Part shown: one piece after another, positions 9,057-20,714 of the stretch | How positions within the stretch are numbered: position 1 is the stretch's first letter | Layout: every line of letters begins with the position of its first letter | Notes under the pieces: model-generated | Seen by the model: the letters and a program-made list of their open reading frames with translations, nothing else | Told to the model about the DNA's origin: nothing | Databases searched by the model: none | NCBI GenBank assembly: GCA_965247475.1 | Contig: OZ252016.1 | Coordinates: forward strand, 807,971-871,970 | Source: Chloroflexota bacterium | GTDB taxonomy: Bacteria; Chloroflexota; UBA11872 | Reading direction: 5' to 3' | Length of the DNA: 64,000 nt | Made by a program: the position numbers and the translations under genes

Positions 9057-10817
9057 GTGTTCAGGCTGTTGTGGGCCACCAGCGCCCGGCTGACGCTCCT
9101 GATGAGCGCGCTGACCGTCGTAAGCGCGCTCGTGCCCGCCGCGGTGACCTGGGTCATCAAGCTGATGTTCGACGCGGTTGCAATCGCCATCGCCGCCGGC
9201 GGCGGCGAGGAGCAGATTCGCGAAATCGTCGTCCTGGTCGTGGCGTTTCTCGTGGTCACGCTGGTCGGCTTCCTGCTGCGCTACTCGCTGGTGGCGACCC
9301 GATCGGTTCTGGGCGACCTCTTCTCGAACCGCACGAACCTGATGATCCTGGAGAAGTCGGAGACGCTCGACATCTCCTACTTCGAGAACGCGGCCTTCTA
9401 CGACCGGCTCGAGAACGCGCAGCGTGAGGCGCGGGAGGGCCCGATGCAGATCGTGTCGGAGTCGTTCGCCATCGTGCAGAACGCGATCACGCTCATCTCG
9501 ATGGTCGTGCTGCTCCTGAGGTTCGAGTGGTGGGTCTTCGTTGTGGTGCTGATCACCACGCTTCCGGGCCTCGTGGTGGAGATCAAATACAGCCGCGAGC
9601 GGTTCCGGCTGCAGACCTGGCGGTCGCCGACCGTGCGGAGACTCTCGTACTACCGCTGGCTCATCACGAACGACGACTACATCAAGGAACTGCGGATCTT
9701 CGATCTCGGGCGGTTCCTGATCGATCTCTATCGGCGCACGTTCGATCGGTTCTTTCGCGAGAACACCAGCCTCACCGTCCGCAGCAACGTCGCCGGGTTC
9801 GTCCTCCAGGCGGTCGGTGCGGTCGGTAGCGCGGCCATCTTCGGCTACGTCGCGGTCCTCACGATCCTCCAGCGTGTCTCGCTGGGCGACCTGGTGCTCT
9901 ACGTTCAGGCCTATCAGCAAACGGTCAACGCGACCACCCAACTGCTGCAGAGCATCACGTCGATGTACGAGCGGGGTCTGTTCGTGAACAACTTCTTCGA
10001 GTTCCTCGAGTTCGAGCCGTTAGTCCCGGTCTCGGCGACGGGCCGGCGTCTGCCGCGTCCCATAACCAAGGGCATTGTGTTCGACGATGTGCACTTCACG
10101 TATCCGGACACGGATGCGCCGGTGCTCGAGGGCGTGAGCTTCCAGATCTCCCCCGGCCGGGCCGTGGCGCTGGTGGGCGCCAACGGCGCGGGCAAGACCA
10201 CGCTGGTCAAGCTGCTCTCTCGCTTCTACGAGCCGACCGCCGGGCGAATCCTGATCGACGGGGTGGACCTGCGCGAGTACGACGCTCAGGACCTTCGGAG
10301 CCAAATCGGCGTCGTGTTCCAGGACTACGGGACGTATCAGGAGACCGCCTCCGTCAACATCGGCTACGGGTCGCTGGAGCATCTGAACGACGCGGCGCGA
10401 ATCGAGTTGGCGGCGCAAGAGGGCGGCGCCGACGATCTGATCAAGAGTCTCCCGAACGGGTACCAGACGCAGCTCGGTCGCTGGTTCGTGGGTGGAACGA
10501 ACCTCTCCCAGGGCGAGTGGCAAAAGGTCGCGCTGGCGCGCGGATTCATGCGCGACGCACAGGTGCTGGTGCTCGACGAGCCGACCTCGTCGCTCGATGT
10601 CCAGAGCGAGCACGCGGTCTTCCAGCGCTTCCGCCAGCTCGCGCGCGGCCGCATGGCGATTCTGATCTCACACCGGTTCACGACCGTCCGGATGGCCAGC
10701 AATATCGTCGTGATCGATCAGGGCCGCGTGATCGAGCAGGGGTCGCACGAGGAGCTGATCGCGCGCGCCGCCCACTACGCCGCGTTGTTCGAGATGCAGG
10801 CGGCGTCGTATCGCTAG
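9057..10817 (+). CDS. ABC exporter, fused permease and ATPase
   Basis: TM domain, GANGAGKT, LSQGEWQK, VLDEPT, ISHR. Confidence 0.95.
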   Translation: MFRLLWATSARLTLLMSALTVVSALVPAAVTWVIKLMFDAVAIAIAAGGGEEQIREIVVLVVAFLVVTLVGFLLRYSLVATRSVLGDLFSNRTNLMILEKSETLDISYFENAAFYDRLENAQREAREGPMQIVSESFAIVQNAITLISMVVLLLRFEWWVFVVVLITTLPGLVVEIKYSRERFRLQTWRSPTVRRLSYYRWLITNDDYIKELRIFDLGRFLIDLYRRTFDRFFRENTSLTVRSNVAGFVLQAVGAVGSAAIFGYVAVLTILQRVSLGDLVLYVQAYQQTVNATTQLLQSITSMYERGLFVNNFFEFLEFEPLVPVSATGRRLPRPITKGIVFDDVHFTYPDTDAPVLEGVSFQISPGRAVALVGANGAGKTTLVKLLSRFYEPTAGRILIDGVDLREYDAQDLRSQIGVVFQDYGTYQETASVNIGYGSLEHLNDAARIELAAQEGGADDLIKSLPNGYQTQLGRWFVGGTNLSQGEWQKVALARGFMRDAQVLVLDEPTSSLDVQSEHAVFQRFRQLARGRMAILISHRFTTVRMASNIVVIDQGRVIEQGSHEELIARAAHYAALFEMQAASYR

Positions 10818-10893
10818 CTGAGAGGCGCGCGGGCGGGCGATTCCGGCCGGAGTTATGCTCGCCGCGCCCCTCCGCGGCCCCAGGGCAGGCGAC

Positions 10894-11649
10894 ATGACCA
10901 TCCTGGATCGATTCCGGATCGATGGGCGCAAGGCGCTCGTGACCGGCGCGAGCCGCGGGATCGGCAAAGCCATCGCGCTCGCCTTCGCGGAAGCCGGCGC
11001 GGACGTCGCGCTCGGCGCCCGCACGCTCGACGCGCTTGGCGATACGGTCCGGGCGATCGAGAAGACCGGACGCCGTGCGGTGCCCGTCCCGGCCGACATG
11101 CGAGATGTGAACGCGCTGACGGCGTCCGTTCGCAGCGCGGCCGAGCAGTTAGGCGGCCTCGACATCCTGGTGAACAACGCCGGCGTGCTGGTAACGCGGG
11201 GCCTCGATGACCTGAAACCGGACCAGGCGGACGAGGTGTACGAGGTGAATCTTCGCGCTCCCCTATTCGCGGCACGCGCGGCGTTCGACTTCCTCCGCCA
11301 ATCCGAACATGCGGTCATCATCAACCTCAGCTCAAATGCGGCCCTGCGCGGCGGTGGGATCTACGGCCCGACGAAAGGGGCGCTTGAGACGTTTACGCGC
11401 AATCGGGCAACCGAATGGGGCCAGTTCGGCATCCGCGTGGTCGGGATCGCCCCTGGCATGGTCGCGACGGATATGACGGCGATTGAACTCAACGACGCCG
11501 AACTCGTGAAACAGGTGATGGCCCGCACGTTTCTTGGACGGGTCGCTTCGCCGGAAGAAATCGCGGCTGTCGCGCTCTTCTTGGCGTCCGACGCCGCCTC
11601 TTTCATCACGGATGAAATCATCCGCGTGAGCGGTGGGCGGCTTATCTAG
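10894..11649 (+). CDS. SDR family oxidoreductase
   Basis: TGASRGIG, NNAG, YGPTK. Confidence 0.93.
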   Translation: MTILDRFRIDGRKALVTGASRGIGKAIALAFAEAGADVALGARTLDALGDTVRAIEKTGRRAVPVPADMRDVNALTASVRSAAEQLGGLDILVNNAGVLVTRGLDDLKPDQADEVYEVNLRAPLFAARAAFDFLRQSEHAVIINLSSNAALRGGGIYGPTKGALETFTRNRATEWGQFGIRVVGIAPGMVATDMTAIELNDAELVKQVMARTFLGRVASPEEIAAVALFLASDAASFITDEIIRVSGGRLI

Positions 11650-11719
11650 CCGCTGAGAAACAGCGCGCCCACCTTCGTCGGCGGATTCGATCGGGCGGCG
11701 ATTTCGTATCATCTGTCGT

Positions 11720-12667
11720 ATGCCTGGCATTGACCTGTTCGATCCCGAGGCCGCGCCGCGCGGCGTTGCGACCCTGATCAAGACGCCCCTGCTCGAAAAC
11801 GGGCGTCTGGATGAGGAGTCCTTCGCGCGCCAGGTTCAATACGTGGTCGACGTCGGCGCCTGCCTGACGATTCCCGGCATGCACGGGGCCGAGACCTATT
11901 CGCTGAGCGACGCCGAGCGGGCCAGATGCCTCGAGATCACGATGGACATCTGCGGCGACCGTGTGCCTGTGTGCGCCACCGTCGTCGGGCTCTCGCTGCG
12001 CGACGCGATCGCCGCCGCCAGGCGCGCGGAGGAGATGGGCGGCGATGCGGTGGCGGTGGTCACGCCGCCGTGGGTGAAGGGCGAGCGAGATGCCGTGGAG
12101 TTCATTCGAGCCGTGGCCGACGCGACCACCGTGCCCAGCCTCGCGCACAGCTTCAGCGGCGGGGGTCCGCTGCCCCCGGCCGCGGTCGCTCGGATGGCGG
12201 TCGATTCCCCGAGCGTTCGATACCTCAAGGAAGAGGCGCCCTGGTGCGGCCGCCGTTTGGAAGAGATGTTCGCCGTTCCGGGCGGCGACCTGTTCATGGG
12301 AATCGTGGTTACATCGCCCTCGGTGCTCGCGTATCAGGCCGGGGGCACGATGTTCATGGCGTCGGCCGACATCCAGGAGCCGCTGCAGGCCGTATTCGAC
12401 GCGCTGGAAGCCGGGGATGTCCGGCGCGCCCGCGAGATCGACCATCACCTCGGCGCGCTGCAGCACTTTCGCGCGTATATCTCGGGCCAGCTCAACAACA
12501 AGATGATCATGCACCGACAGGGCCTCTTCGCCTCCCGACGCATCGCCGACCCGTCCTCGCACATCGGCCTCAGCGATCTGAATCAGGACGAGGAGGACCA
12601 GCTCACCTTCGTGCTCGAGCCGCTGCTGCCCTGCTATACAAAGAACCCGCCGCTCCCACCCACGTAG
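11720..12667 (+). CDS. DHDPS/NAL family protein
   Basis: TPLLENGRLD, E.YSLSDAER, YLKEE lysine. Confidence 0.82.
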   Translation: MPGIDLFDPEAAPRGVATLIKTPLLENGRLDEESFARQVQYVVDVGACLTIPGMHGAETYSLSDAERARCLEITMDICGDRVPVCATVVGLSLRDAIAAARRAEEMGGDAVAVVTPPWVKGERDAVEFIRAVADATTVPSLAHSFSGGGPLPPAAVARMAVDSPSVRYLKEEAPWCGRRLEEMFAVPGGDLFMGIVVTSPSVLAYQAGGTMFMASADIQEPLQAVFDALEAGDVRRAREIDHHLGALQHFRAYISGQLNNKMIMHRQGLFASRRIADPSSHIGLSDLNQDEEDQLTFVLEPLLPCYTKNPPLPPT

Positions 12668-12682
12668 GCGGCTTCGCCAGCG

Positions 12683-13591
12683 CTAGCCCGCCGGCACGAA
12701 CTTGTGCAGAAGGTCGTTGCCGCCGACCTCACCCACGTACAGGGCGCCTTGGTCGTCCTTCCAGATGCCGTGCGGTGAGACCGAGAATATCCCCAGGCCG
12801 CGCTGCTCTCGATGGGCCTGGCCCCAGCTGGTGATGACCGCACCGTCGAAATCGAGGACCACGACCGCGCCGCCGCAGTCAGCGACGTAGATCGCGTCGG
12901 CGTCGGTGTCGACGTAGAAGTCGGCCGGCAAGACCAAGCCGTCGGTCCACTCCTCCTGGTACACGCCATCGCGATCGAACACCTGGATGCGCGCGTTCTC
13001 ACGATCGGCCACGAGGACCCGATCGTCGGGGAGGACGCAGATGCCATGCGGCAGCACGAACTCGCCGGGACCCGTGCCGGGTTCCGCGGAGCCCCACGTC
13101 TTCTCGACCTGTCCGTCCGGCGAGAGCCGGTGGCACACCGTGTCGCCGTACCCATCGGCGACGAAGATCGTGCCGTCGTCCGTCACCCAGGCGTTGGTCG
13201 GATCGGTGAAGAGCCCCCCGCCTATCTCCGCCTCCACGGCATAGCTGGGCAGCCACTTCCGCGTACGGTTCGGTCGACCGATCCGCCGCTGGAGCTCGCC
13301 CTCGGTGTTGTAGACCCACACAACCTGGGCGTACGTGTCGGTCAGCCACAGCTGCTCGTGCTTGTCCATGAACACGCCGTGGCCGATGCTGAGGATGTCG
13401 TCGCCCCAGTGGCCGAGGACACTCCCCTCCCGGTCGAAGACCGTCATCGGGTGGGTGCCGCGGTTGAAGCAGAACACGCGGCCTTGCGAATCGGTCGCGA
13501 TGCTCCCGATCCAGCCCAACGTCCAGTTGTCGGGCAGCTTCACCCAGCCCTCGACCAAGTCGTACGTGTGTGCACCAGCTCCGACGCGCAT
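12683..13591 (-). CDS. NHL-repeat beta-propeller, peptidyl-alpha-hydroxyglycine lyase-like
   Basis: HGVFMD, FVADGYG, GPGEFVLPHGI, VADREN.RIQVF. Confidence 0.85.
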   Translation of the reverse strand: MRVGAGAHTYDLVEGWVKLPDNWTLGWIGSIATDSQGRVFCFNRGTHPMTVFDREGSVLGHWGDDILSIGHGVFMDKHEQLWLTDTYAQVVWVYNTEGELQRRIGRPNRTRKWLPSYAVEAEIGGGLFTDPTNAWVTDDGTIFVADGYGDTVCHRLSPDGQVEKTWGSAEPGTGPGEFVLPHGICVLPDDRVLVADRENARIQVFDRDGVYQEEWTDGLVLPADFYVDTDADAIYVADCGGAVVVLDFDGAVITSWGQAHREQRGLGIFSVSPHGIWKDDQGALYVGEVGGNDLLHKFVPAG

Positions 13592-13768
13592 AGCTTCCAA
13601 CCTCCCGGCTGACTCGCGTGTCCGACACCGGCCGCACCAGCGGTTGCGGCCACCAATCGAGCGGCCCGCATCTCGTCCCAGGCCGTCTCGCGCGGAATGT
13701 ACTTGACCTTGTCGAGGGAATCACGCCCCGCGACCAGGACCTGCGCGTGACCCGCCCCAGCTCCACTC

Positions 13769-13885
13769 CGTCACCCCGGCAAACGGCCTGCCCCATCCCC
13801 GATACGGGGCTGGGGTCCAGGGGGCTGTGCCGGCCCCGCGTGCGCGTGTCCCCCGTGCACCCTGAGCCTGTCGAAGGGGCACGGG
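13769..13885. repeat. Intergenic REP-like element cluster
   Basis: CGTCACCCCGGC...GCTGGGGTCCAG hairpin element plus GCGTGTCCCCCGTGCACCCTGAGCCTGTCGAAGGGGCACGGG (inverse copy of 1357-1399). Confidence 0.75.
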
Positions 13886-13920
13886 AATGATGTGGCCCAG
13901 GAGTCGGCTGGCCGGCCCTT

Positions 13921-14640
13921 CTACACGTGCCGGAGGAGCAGCCCGGCCGCGAGCAGGACAACCGCCCACCCGAGCAACTGGAGCGGCCGTTCCCAGGTGG
14001 CCAGGAGCTCTCGCCGTGACCACTCTTGCCGTCCGTCGTCGGTCTGGAGCGACGCCGAAGCTGCGGTCGTCGATCGGCGCACAAATCGAGCCGGAGTGCT
14101 CAGCCTTCGCTGCGCGAGGCTCAGAACCGCGGCGGCGGCGGCTGCCACCACCGCCGCCGCTCCAATCGTCTCGGTCTGTGCCCAGTACCCGACCAGCACC
14201 GGAAAGCTGCCCCACGCAAGCGCGAAGCCCACGTCTGTGTGCAGCCGCGGCGGCCAGCCCAGCGGATACCCGGCCGCGAGCGCTATGCCGGCCCCGGCCC
14301 ACACCATGACCCACGGCGAGATGACCCAGACACCCCCTATGGCCACGCCGAGCGCGCCCATCAAGCCGCCGACGCCGAGTGCGAGCAGCGTGCGATCGCC
14401 GAGCTTGGTCCCAAGTGGCCGGCCGTTGCGCTCATCCAGCGCGTGTGCCGCGATGCCGGTTCCAAGGAAGAACGCGAGCAACGCGCCCGCCAGCCGCGTC
14501 CAGTCCAGCGCGGGCGCGAGCGCCGCGCCTATGGCTACGTACGCCAGGTGCCACGCGGTGTAGGGCGGGTGGAGGAGCGCGATCAGGTCGCCCAGCCGGG
14601 TGCCCGTCGGCGCGTAGAAGGCTGGCCTGATGCGGCTCAT
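13921..14640 (-). CDS. Membrane protein, possibly UbiA prenyltransferase-like
   Basis: ATG overlaps the upstream stop (ATGA). LHPPYT and AHALDE motifs; about 7 TM helices. Confidence 0.7.
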   Translation of the reverse strand: MSRIRPAFYAPTGTRLGDLIALLHPPYTAWHLAYVAIGAALAPALDWTRLAGALLAFFLGTGIAAHALDERNGRPLGTKLGDRTLLALGVGGLMGALGVAIGGVWVISPWVMVWAGAGIALAAGYPLGWPPRLHTDVGFALAWGSFPVLVGYWAQTETIGAAAVVAAAAAAVLSLAQRRLSTPARFVRRSTTAASASLQTDDGRQEWSRRELLATWERPLQLLGWAVVLLAAGLLLRHV

Positions 14641-15323
14641 GCCCGGCGCGCCCAGACCACGATCCCTCCGCCGAACGACAGCGTGACTACGCGCACGTCC
14701 TCGAGCCCGACCGCCCGCCAGAGTTGCTCGAGGCGCTCGCCGCCGTGCTTCCGATGGAAGGCGTCGATGCTGGGGCCGAGGAATCGCCCGACCGTGTACC
14801 AGCCGGACCCGATCACCGCGCCTGCGGCCGGTAGCCCAACACGCGTGTAGAGACGCCACAGCAAGCTCGATACGCCGCGCGGCCGGCCGAACTCGACCAT
14901 CCCGATTGCGCCGCCGGGCCGGACCACGCGCCGCAGCTCGCGCAGGCACGCCGCCGGGTCGTCGACGTACCGCAGCAAGTATCCGAACGTGAGGCCATCG
15001 AACGATTGGTCGCGGAATGGCAGCGCCTCGGCGCGAGCGATGATGGTCGGCGTCCCCCGGCGCCGGGCCTCGCGCACCATTTCCCGGCTCTGATCGAGCG
15101 CCAGGACGCGAAGGCCGCGCGCCTCGAGCCGCCGGGAGATCGAGCCGGTTCCCGCGGCCACGTCGAGCACCTCACCGCCCGCGTTCACCGCCAGGCCGTC
15201 GACCATCGTGGATCGCCAGCGGGCATCCTGGCCCAGGCTCAGCATCCGGGCCCACCGTTCGTACCCGGCCGCCAGCGGCCGAAACAGCCGCCGCGCGCGG
15301 TCGTTGATGTCGGCGGTCAGCAT
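14637..15323 (-). CDS. UbiE/MenG-like class I SAM methyltransferase
   Basis: LSLGQD.RWR, VLDVAAGTG, AEALPF.D.SFD, LRELRRVVRPGG. Confidence 0.88.
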   Translation of the reverse strand: MLTADINDRARRLFRPLAAGYERWARMLSLGQDARWRSTMVDGLAVNAGGEVLDVAAGTGSISRRLEARGLRVLALDQSREMVREARRRGTPTIIARAEALPFRDQSFDGLTFGYLLRYVDDPAACLRELRRVVRPGGAIGMVEFGRPRGVSSLLWRLYTRVGLPAAGAVIGSGWYTVGRFLGPSIDAFHRKHGGERLEQLWRAVGLEDVRVVTLSFGGGIVVWARRA

Positions 15324-15573
15324 CGCAAGCGGGTTTGGGCCGCTCCGTCAGATGGACCGGCTGGCCCGAGTCGCACAAAGTCCATGCGACCCGGCAAGGC
15401 CGAGCGCCTTGGCGACGACCGCGTGCGCGCCGTCCAACACAGCAGCTGGGCCTTGTTCCAGAGTCGCCGACTCCTCCTACCCATCTGGACTGAGCGCGCT
15501 TTGCGCAGGTATCTCACCATGCCTGGTATAGACCAACTTTAGACTTGGCGCGGTACGCAACCGCTGTCGAGTC

Positions 15574-18483
15574 GTGTCCGTGGACCACCGAACTCCCCGA
15601 CGACGCCTCGCCCGCGCCGCCATTCTGCGGGCGGGCCGGCTCCTGCGGCTGCCGGTCCGCGCCCTGGTGTGGCTCGCACGCGCCGTACGCCGCTACTTCT
15701 GGCTGCTCGTGTTGGCGGGTGCGGTCGGGGCATTCGTCGTCGTCGTGGTCATTCCCCAGGTTACGACCGACGGGGACGAAGATGACGCGCCGCCGCAGGA
15801 ACCCGTGGCGGCGACCCGGCAAGACCTGCGAGTGACCGTGCCGGCCGTCGGCACCATCGACTACGGCTCGATCATTGAGCTTGGGTTCGCCGAGGCGGGC
15901 GTCATCGCCGGCATCGCGGTTGCCGAGGGCGATGTGGTTGCTGCCGGCGGCACCCTGGCCGCCCTGGAGGCCGCCGATCTCGAACGGGACGTCGATGACG
16001 CCGAAGCGGCCTTGCGGCGGGCGCAGCTGGATCTGGCCGAGCTGCTGGCGGATCCCGACCCCATGGACCTGCGCCGGGCCGAGCTGGACTTGTCCGAGGC
16101 GCGCGCCGCCCTTGCCGATCTGGACAACCCACCGGACGCCGCCAGCGTCGCGGCAGCCGAGGCCTCTGTCGCCTCGGCGCGGGCGCAGCTTGCCGCCGCG
16201 CGGGACACGCTCGACAAGCTGCTGGAAGGGCCGACCGAACGAGAGATTGCCGACGCCGAGAGCAGTCTCGCCTCCGCCCACTCGTCGCTGGTGACCGCCC
16301 AGGGCGCCCTGATCGACCTGGAGGCGGGTCCCGCCGACCTGGATGTGCAGGCGGCGCGTGACACGCTGGCGACCGCGCGGGAGGCGGTCATGGCCGCGCG
16401 GGAGGCGGTCGCGACCGCGCGGGACGCGGTCACGGCCGCGCGGGACGCGGTCACGGCCGCGCAGGAGGGCGTCACGAGCGCGCAGGAGGGCGTCACGACC
16501 GCGCAGGAGGCGGTCATAGCCGCGCGAGACGGGGGCACGACCGCGCGGGAGGCGGTCATAGCTGCGCGAGACGGGGTCACGAGCGCACGGGAGGCGGTGA
16601 TGGCTGCGCGGGAGGCGGTCACGGGCGCTCAGGAGGCGGTCACAGCCGCCCGGCGCAGCCGCGACGCGGCCATCGAGGACCACCCGGCGAACGTGGCCAA
16701 CGCCGAGTCCAGCCTGGCCAGCGCGCGGGTCGAGGTCATCGTCGCCACGACTGACCTGGCTGATCTGCGGGCCAAGCCGACGCCTGAAGACGTTCGCGAC
16801 GCCGAGCTCGCTCTGGAGCGGGCCCGCCTGACCCATGACGACAGCGTGCGCACCAGCAGTAACGCCAGCGCCCAGCAGAAGGCGCGCGCCGCGGTGGAAT
16901 ACACGGAGGCGCAACTCGAATACCTCGCGGCTCTCCAGCCGGCAACGGCTGACGAGTTGGCTGAAGCCGAAGCGCGTCTGGCCGCGGCCCAGGCCAAGCT
17001 GGTCGTTGCCCAGCAGGAGCTCGACGACCTAGCCGACGGACCCGATCTGGAAGCGCTCGACGAGGCCGTAGCCGCCGCCGAGCGGCAGGAGGCCGCCGCC
17101 GCCGGGCGGGAGGTGACCGCCGCCGAGCGGGAGGTGGCCGCTGCCCAGCGGGAGGTGACCGCCGCCGGGCGGGAGGTGACCGCCGCCGAGCGGGAGGTGG
17201 CCGCTGCCCAGCGGGAGGCGACCGTCGCCCAGCGCGAGGTGACCGCCGCCGGGCGGGAAGTGATCGCTGCCGAGCGGCAGGAGGCCGCCGCCGCCGGGCG
17301 GGAGGTGACCGCCGCCGAGCGGGAGGTGGCCGCGGCCGAGCGACAGGTGGCCGCCGCCGCCCGCGAGCTTGACGATCTGGGCAGCGGCCCCAGCGCCACC
17401 GATCTGGCCGCAAGCCGCGCCAGCGTGGCCTCGGCCGCCAGCTCGGTCGCGGCCGTGGAGCTGCATCTCGCCGAGCTCCGCGCCGACCCGGACCCTGGCG
17501 AACTAGAGATCGACCGCCAGGAGCTTGACTCGGCGCGTGCGAGTTTGGTTGACGCCGAGGTGCGCCTGGCCGATCTGCTGGCCGGCGCCGATGCATCCGA
17601 CATTCGCGAGTCGCAGGCCGCAGTCACCCGAGCCGAGATCGACCTGGCGGAGTTGCGCGGCGAGGCCGACCCGCTGGCCATCGAGCGGCAGGAGCTGGCC
17701 GTCGCGGACGCCACGCGCCAACTCGAGGCCGCGCGCGCCTCGCTGGCGGGCTCCGTCCTGACGGCGCCGATCGCCGGCGTCGTGCTGACTGTGGACAATC
17801 ACGTGGGCGAACGCGTGTCTGGCTCCTTCATCACCCTCGGCGCCGCCGACAGCCTGCGGGCGCGCGTCAAGATCGATGAGTCGGATATCGGCTCGATCGA
17901 GTTGGGCCAGCCGGTGGACTTGACCTTCCAAGCACTCGGCGACCGCTCGTACCGGGGCGAGGTGTCATGGATCGCCGCCCAAGGCGAGGTCGAGCAGAGC
18001 CTGGTGACCTTCGAGGTCGATATCGCCCTTGACGCCGCCGATCAGCAATTGCGCGCCGGCCTGTCCAGCGACGTGTTGATTCTCATTGCCGAAGTCAGCG
18101 ATGTGATCGTCGTGCCCAAGGCCGCGGTGCAGACCGCGCCGCGGGGAGGGGTCGTGGTTGTGGTTGGATATGACCAGGCGCCCGAGCGCCGCCTCGTGCA
18201 GACGGGGCTGAGCGATGCGTTCCTGGTCGAAATCACCTCCGGCCTCGAGGTCGGCGAGCTCGTGCGGCCGAATGCCGCGCAGGCGCTGGCCGATCTCCGC
18301 GCCGCCGAGCAGGTCGGCGGTGGAGGCGATGGTCCAGCCGGCGGCCAACCCGGCGCCCAAGCCCGCGGGCTGGCCGGCCAGGCCAGACCTGGTGGCGCTC
18401 AGTTCCAGCGGCAGCCAGGCGACGGGCCACCGGGCGGCCTCCGCCAACCGGGCGGCGGAGAAGGCGGCGCTGGTCAGCCCTGA
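15574..18483 (+). CDS. MacA/HlyD-like efflux adaptor with a very long coiled-coil hairpin
   Basis: N-terminal TM; lipoyl half-motifs [14 protein letters not shown] and LTAPIAGVV; IDESDIG; VVPKAAV; VQTGLSD; adjacent MacB-type genes. Confidence 0.9.
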   Translation: MSVDHRTPRRRLARAAILRAGRLLRLPVRALVWLARAVRRYFWLLVLAGAVGAFVVVVVIPQVTTDGDEDDAPPQEPVAATRQDLRVTVPAVGTIDYGSIIELGFAEAGVIAGIAVAEGDVVAAGGTLAALEAADLERDVDDAEAALRRAQLDLAELLADPDPMDLRRAELDLSEARAALADLDNPPDAASVAAAEASVASARAQLAAARDTLDKLLEGPTEREIADAESSLASAHSSLVTAQGALIDLEAGPADLDVQAARDTLATAREAVMAAREAVATARDAVTAARDAVTAAQEGVTSAQEGVTTAQEAVIAARDGGTTAREAVIAARDGVTSAREAVMAAREAVTGAQEAVTAARRSRDAAIEDHPANVANAESSLASARVEVIVATTDLADLRAKPTPEDVRDAELALERARLTHDDSVRTSSNASAQQKARAAVEYTEAQLEYLAALQPATADELAEAEARLAAAQAKLVVAQQELDDLADGPDLEALDEAVAAAERQEAAAAGREVTAAEREVAAAQREVTAAGREVTAAEREVAAAQREATVAQREVTAAGREVIAAERQEAAAAGREVTAAEREVAAAERQVAAAARELDDLGSGPSATDLAASRASVASAASSVAAVELHLAELRADPDPGELEIDRQELDSARASLVDAEVRLADLLAGADASDIRESQAAVTRAEIDLAELRGEADPLAIERQELAVADATRQLEAARASLAGSVLTAPIAGVVLTVDNHVGERVSGSFITLGAADSLRARVKIDESDIGSIELGQPVDLTFQALGDRSYRGEVSWIAAQGEVEQSLVTFEVDIALDAADQQLRAGLSSDVLILIAEVSDVIVVPKAAVQTAPRGGVVVVVGYDQAPERRLVQTGLSDAFLVEITSGLEVGELVRPNAAQALADLRAAEQVGGGGDGPAGGQPGAQARGLAGQARPGGAQFQRQPGDGPPGGLRQPGGGEGGAGQP
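16351..16644 (+). repeat. Intragenic 21-nt tandem repeat, about 14 units (heptad xAREAVT)
   Basis: Units such as GCCGCGCGGGACGCGGTCACG read directly. Confidence 0.9.
17074..17370 (+). repeat. Intragenic 21/24-nt tandem repeat, 13-14 units (heptad AAxREVx)
   Basis: Units such as GCCGCCGGGCGGGAGGTGACC and GCCGCCGAGCGGGAGGTGGCC read directly. Confidence 0.9.
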
Positions 18484-18488
18484 TACCC

Positions 18489-19180
<692 letters not shown>

Positions 19181-19184
<4 letters not shown>

Positions 19185-20482
19185 CCATGGTCGACGCTCT
19201 GCGCGTGGCAATGCGCGCGTTGGCGGCCAACAAGCTGCGCACCGCGCTCACCCTGCTGGGCATGGTGATCGGCGTCGGGGCCGTGATCACGTTGATGTCG
19301 ATCGGCGCCGGGGTGCAGACCTCCATTGAGGAGCGGATCCGCAGTATCGGCACCAACCTGCTCTTTGTGAACCCCGAGGCGGGCGGCAATCGCTTCGGCG
19401 GCTTCAGCAGCCGCAGCTCGGGCATGGAAACCCTGACCCTGCAGGACGCCGAAGCTATTCGCGACGCGAGTATCGATGGCATTGCCCTGCTCTACCCATC
19501 GCGGTCGCTGGGTGGCTCGTTTGTTTCCGACCAGGGCGCCGTGCAGGCCGCGGTTGAGGGCGTCACCGAGGTCTACCCCGTGGCGCGGAACGTCGAGTTC
19601 TCCGAGGGCGCCTTCTTCTCGGCCCAGGACGCCGAGCAAGGCTCGCGCGTGATCGTGCTCGGGCACACGCTGGCGTCAGACCTATTTCCAGATAACGAGG
19701 CGGTGGGGCGAACGGTCCGCCTGAACAGCCAGCTCTTCACCGTGGTTGGCGTCTTCGAGTCCGACGGAGGCAGCTCGTTCCAAAGCCGTGACAACGCCGC
19801 GGTCGTTCCCTTCCGCACGCTGGCGCAGCGCCTCCGACCCCAGAAGACGTCGCGTGGCGAGGACGTGGTGACGCAGATCGTTGTCCAGCTCGTCGATGAG
19901 TCGGAATCCACTATTGCCGGCGTCAAACAAGCGATCGAAACTCTGTTGCTCAGCCGACATGACTCGGAGGAGCAAGACTTCTCGGTGGGCAGCCAGGCAG
20001 AGCAAATCGAGGCGATCGCCGAAGTTACCGCGGTCGTCTCGCTCTTCCTGGGGGCGGTGGCCGGAATCTCCCTGCTGGTCGGCGGGATCGGCATCATGAA
20101 CATCATGCTCGTATCGGTTACCGAGCGAACCCGCGAGATCGGGATTCGCAAAGCGGTCGGCGCGAAGCGCCGCGACATCATGTGGCAGTTCATGATCGAG
20201 GCTATGGCCGTCAGCCTGGGCGGAGGGTTTGCCGGCGCCGCGCTGGGGGTGGCGATTTCTCTGGGGCTCAACGGGCTGAGCGCCGGGCAGTCAGCCACGA
20301 GCGGCGGTTCTGGCGGACCGGGTGGGGGCGGCCCTTTTGCCAACGGGATCACCACCACGATCACCGCCGAGCCCATCATGCTGGCGCTGGCGGTGTCGAT
20401 CGCGATCGGCCTGGTGTTTGGGATCTACCCGGCCGCGCGGGCCTCACGCCTCTCGCCCATCGAAGCGTTGCGCTACGAGTAG
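19181..20482 (+). CDS. MacB/FtsX-type ABC permease
   Basis: [46 protein letters not shown]. Confidence 0.95.
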
Positions 20483-20714
20483 GCTCGGGGAGCTCGCGCC
20501 GCACCGCTGCCGTGGGATGCCACGCGAGTGTCAGACAAGCGCCCCGGGTGTATCACCTGGTCAAGCGGATGGCCCGACGCGATTCCCACCAAGTCCATTC
20601 GACCGGCCAAGGCTGCGCGCCTCATGTAGACGACCCGCACCGCCACGGGTATCGTGACCGCCGCATGCCCGTACCCGACCGACCCCGTACCGAGCGCCTC
20701 GCCGCGCATTCATA

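Noticed and set aside
9057-10817. RiPP/lantibiotic cluster around the ABC exporter
   Set aside because: No precursor peptide, modification enzyme or peptidase domain nearby.
15514-17798. Long antisense ORFs with repeats (466, 253 and 389 aa)
   Set aside because: Shadows of the GC-rich repeat-containing adaptor gene, with no independent motifs.
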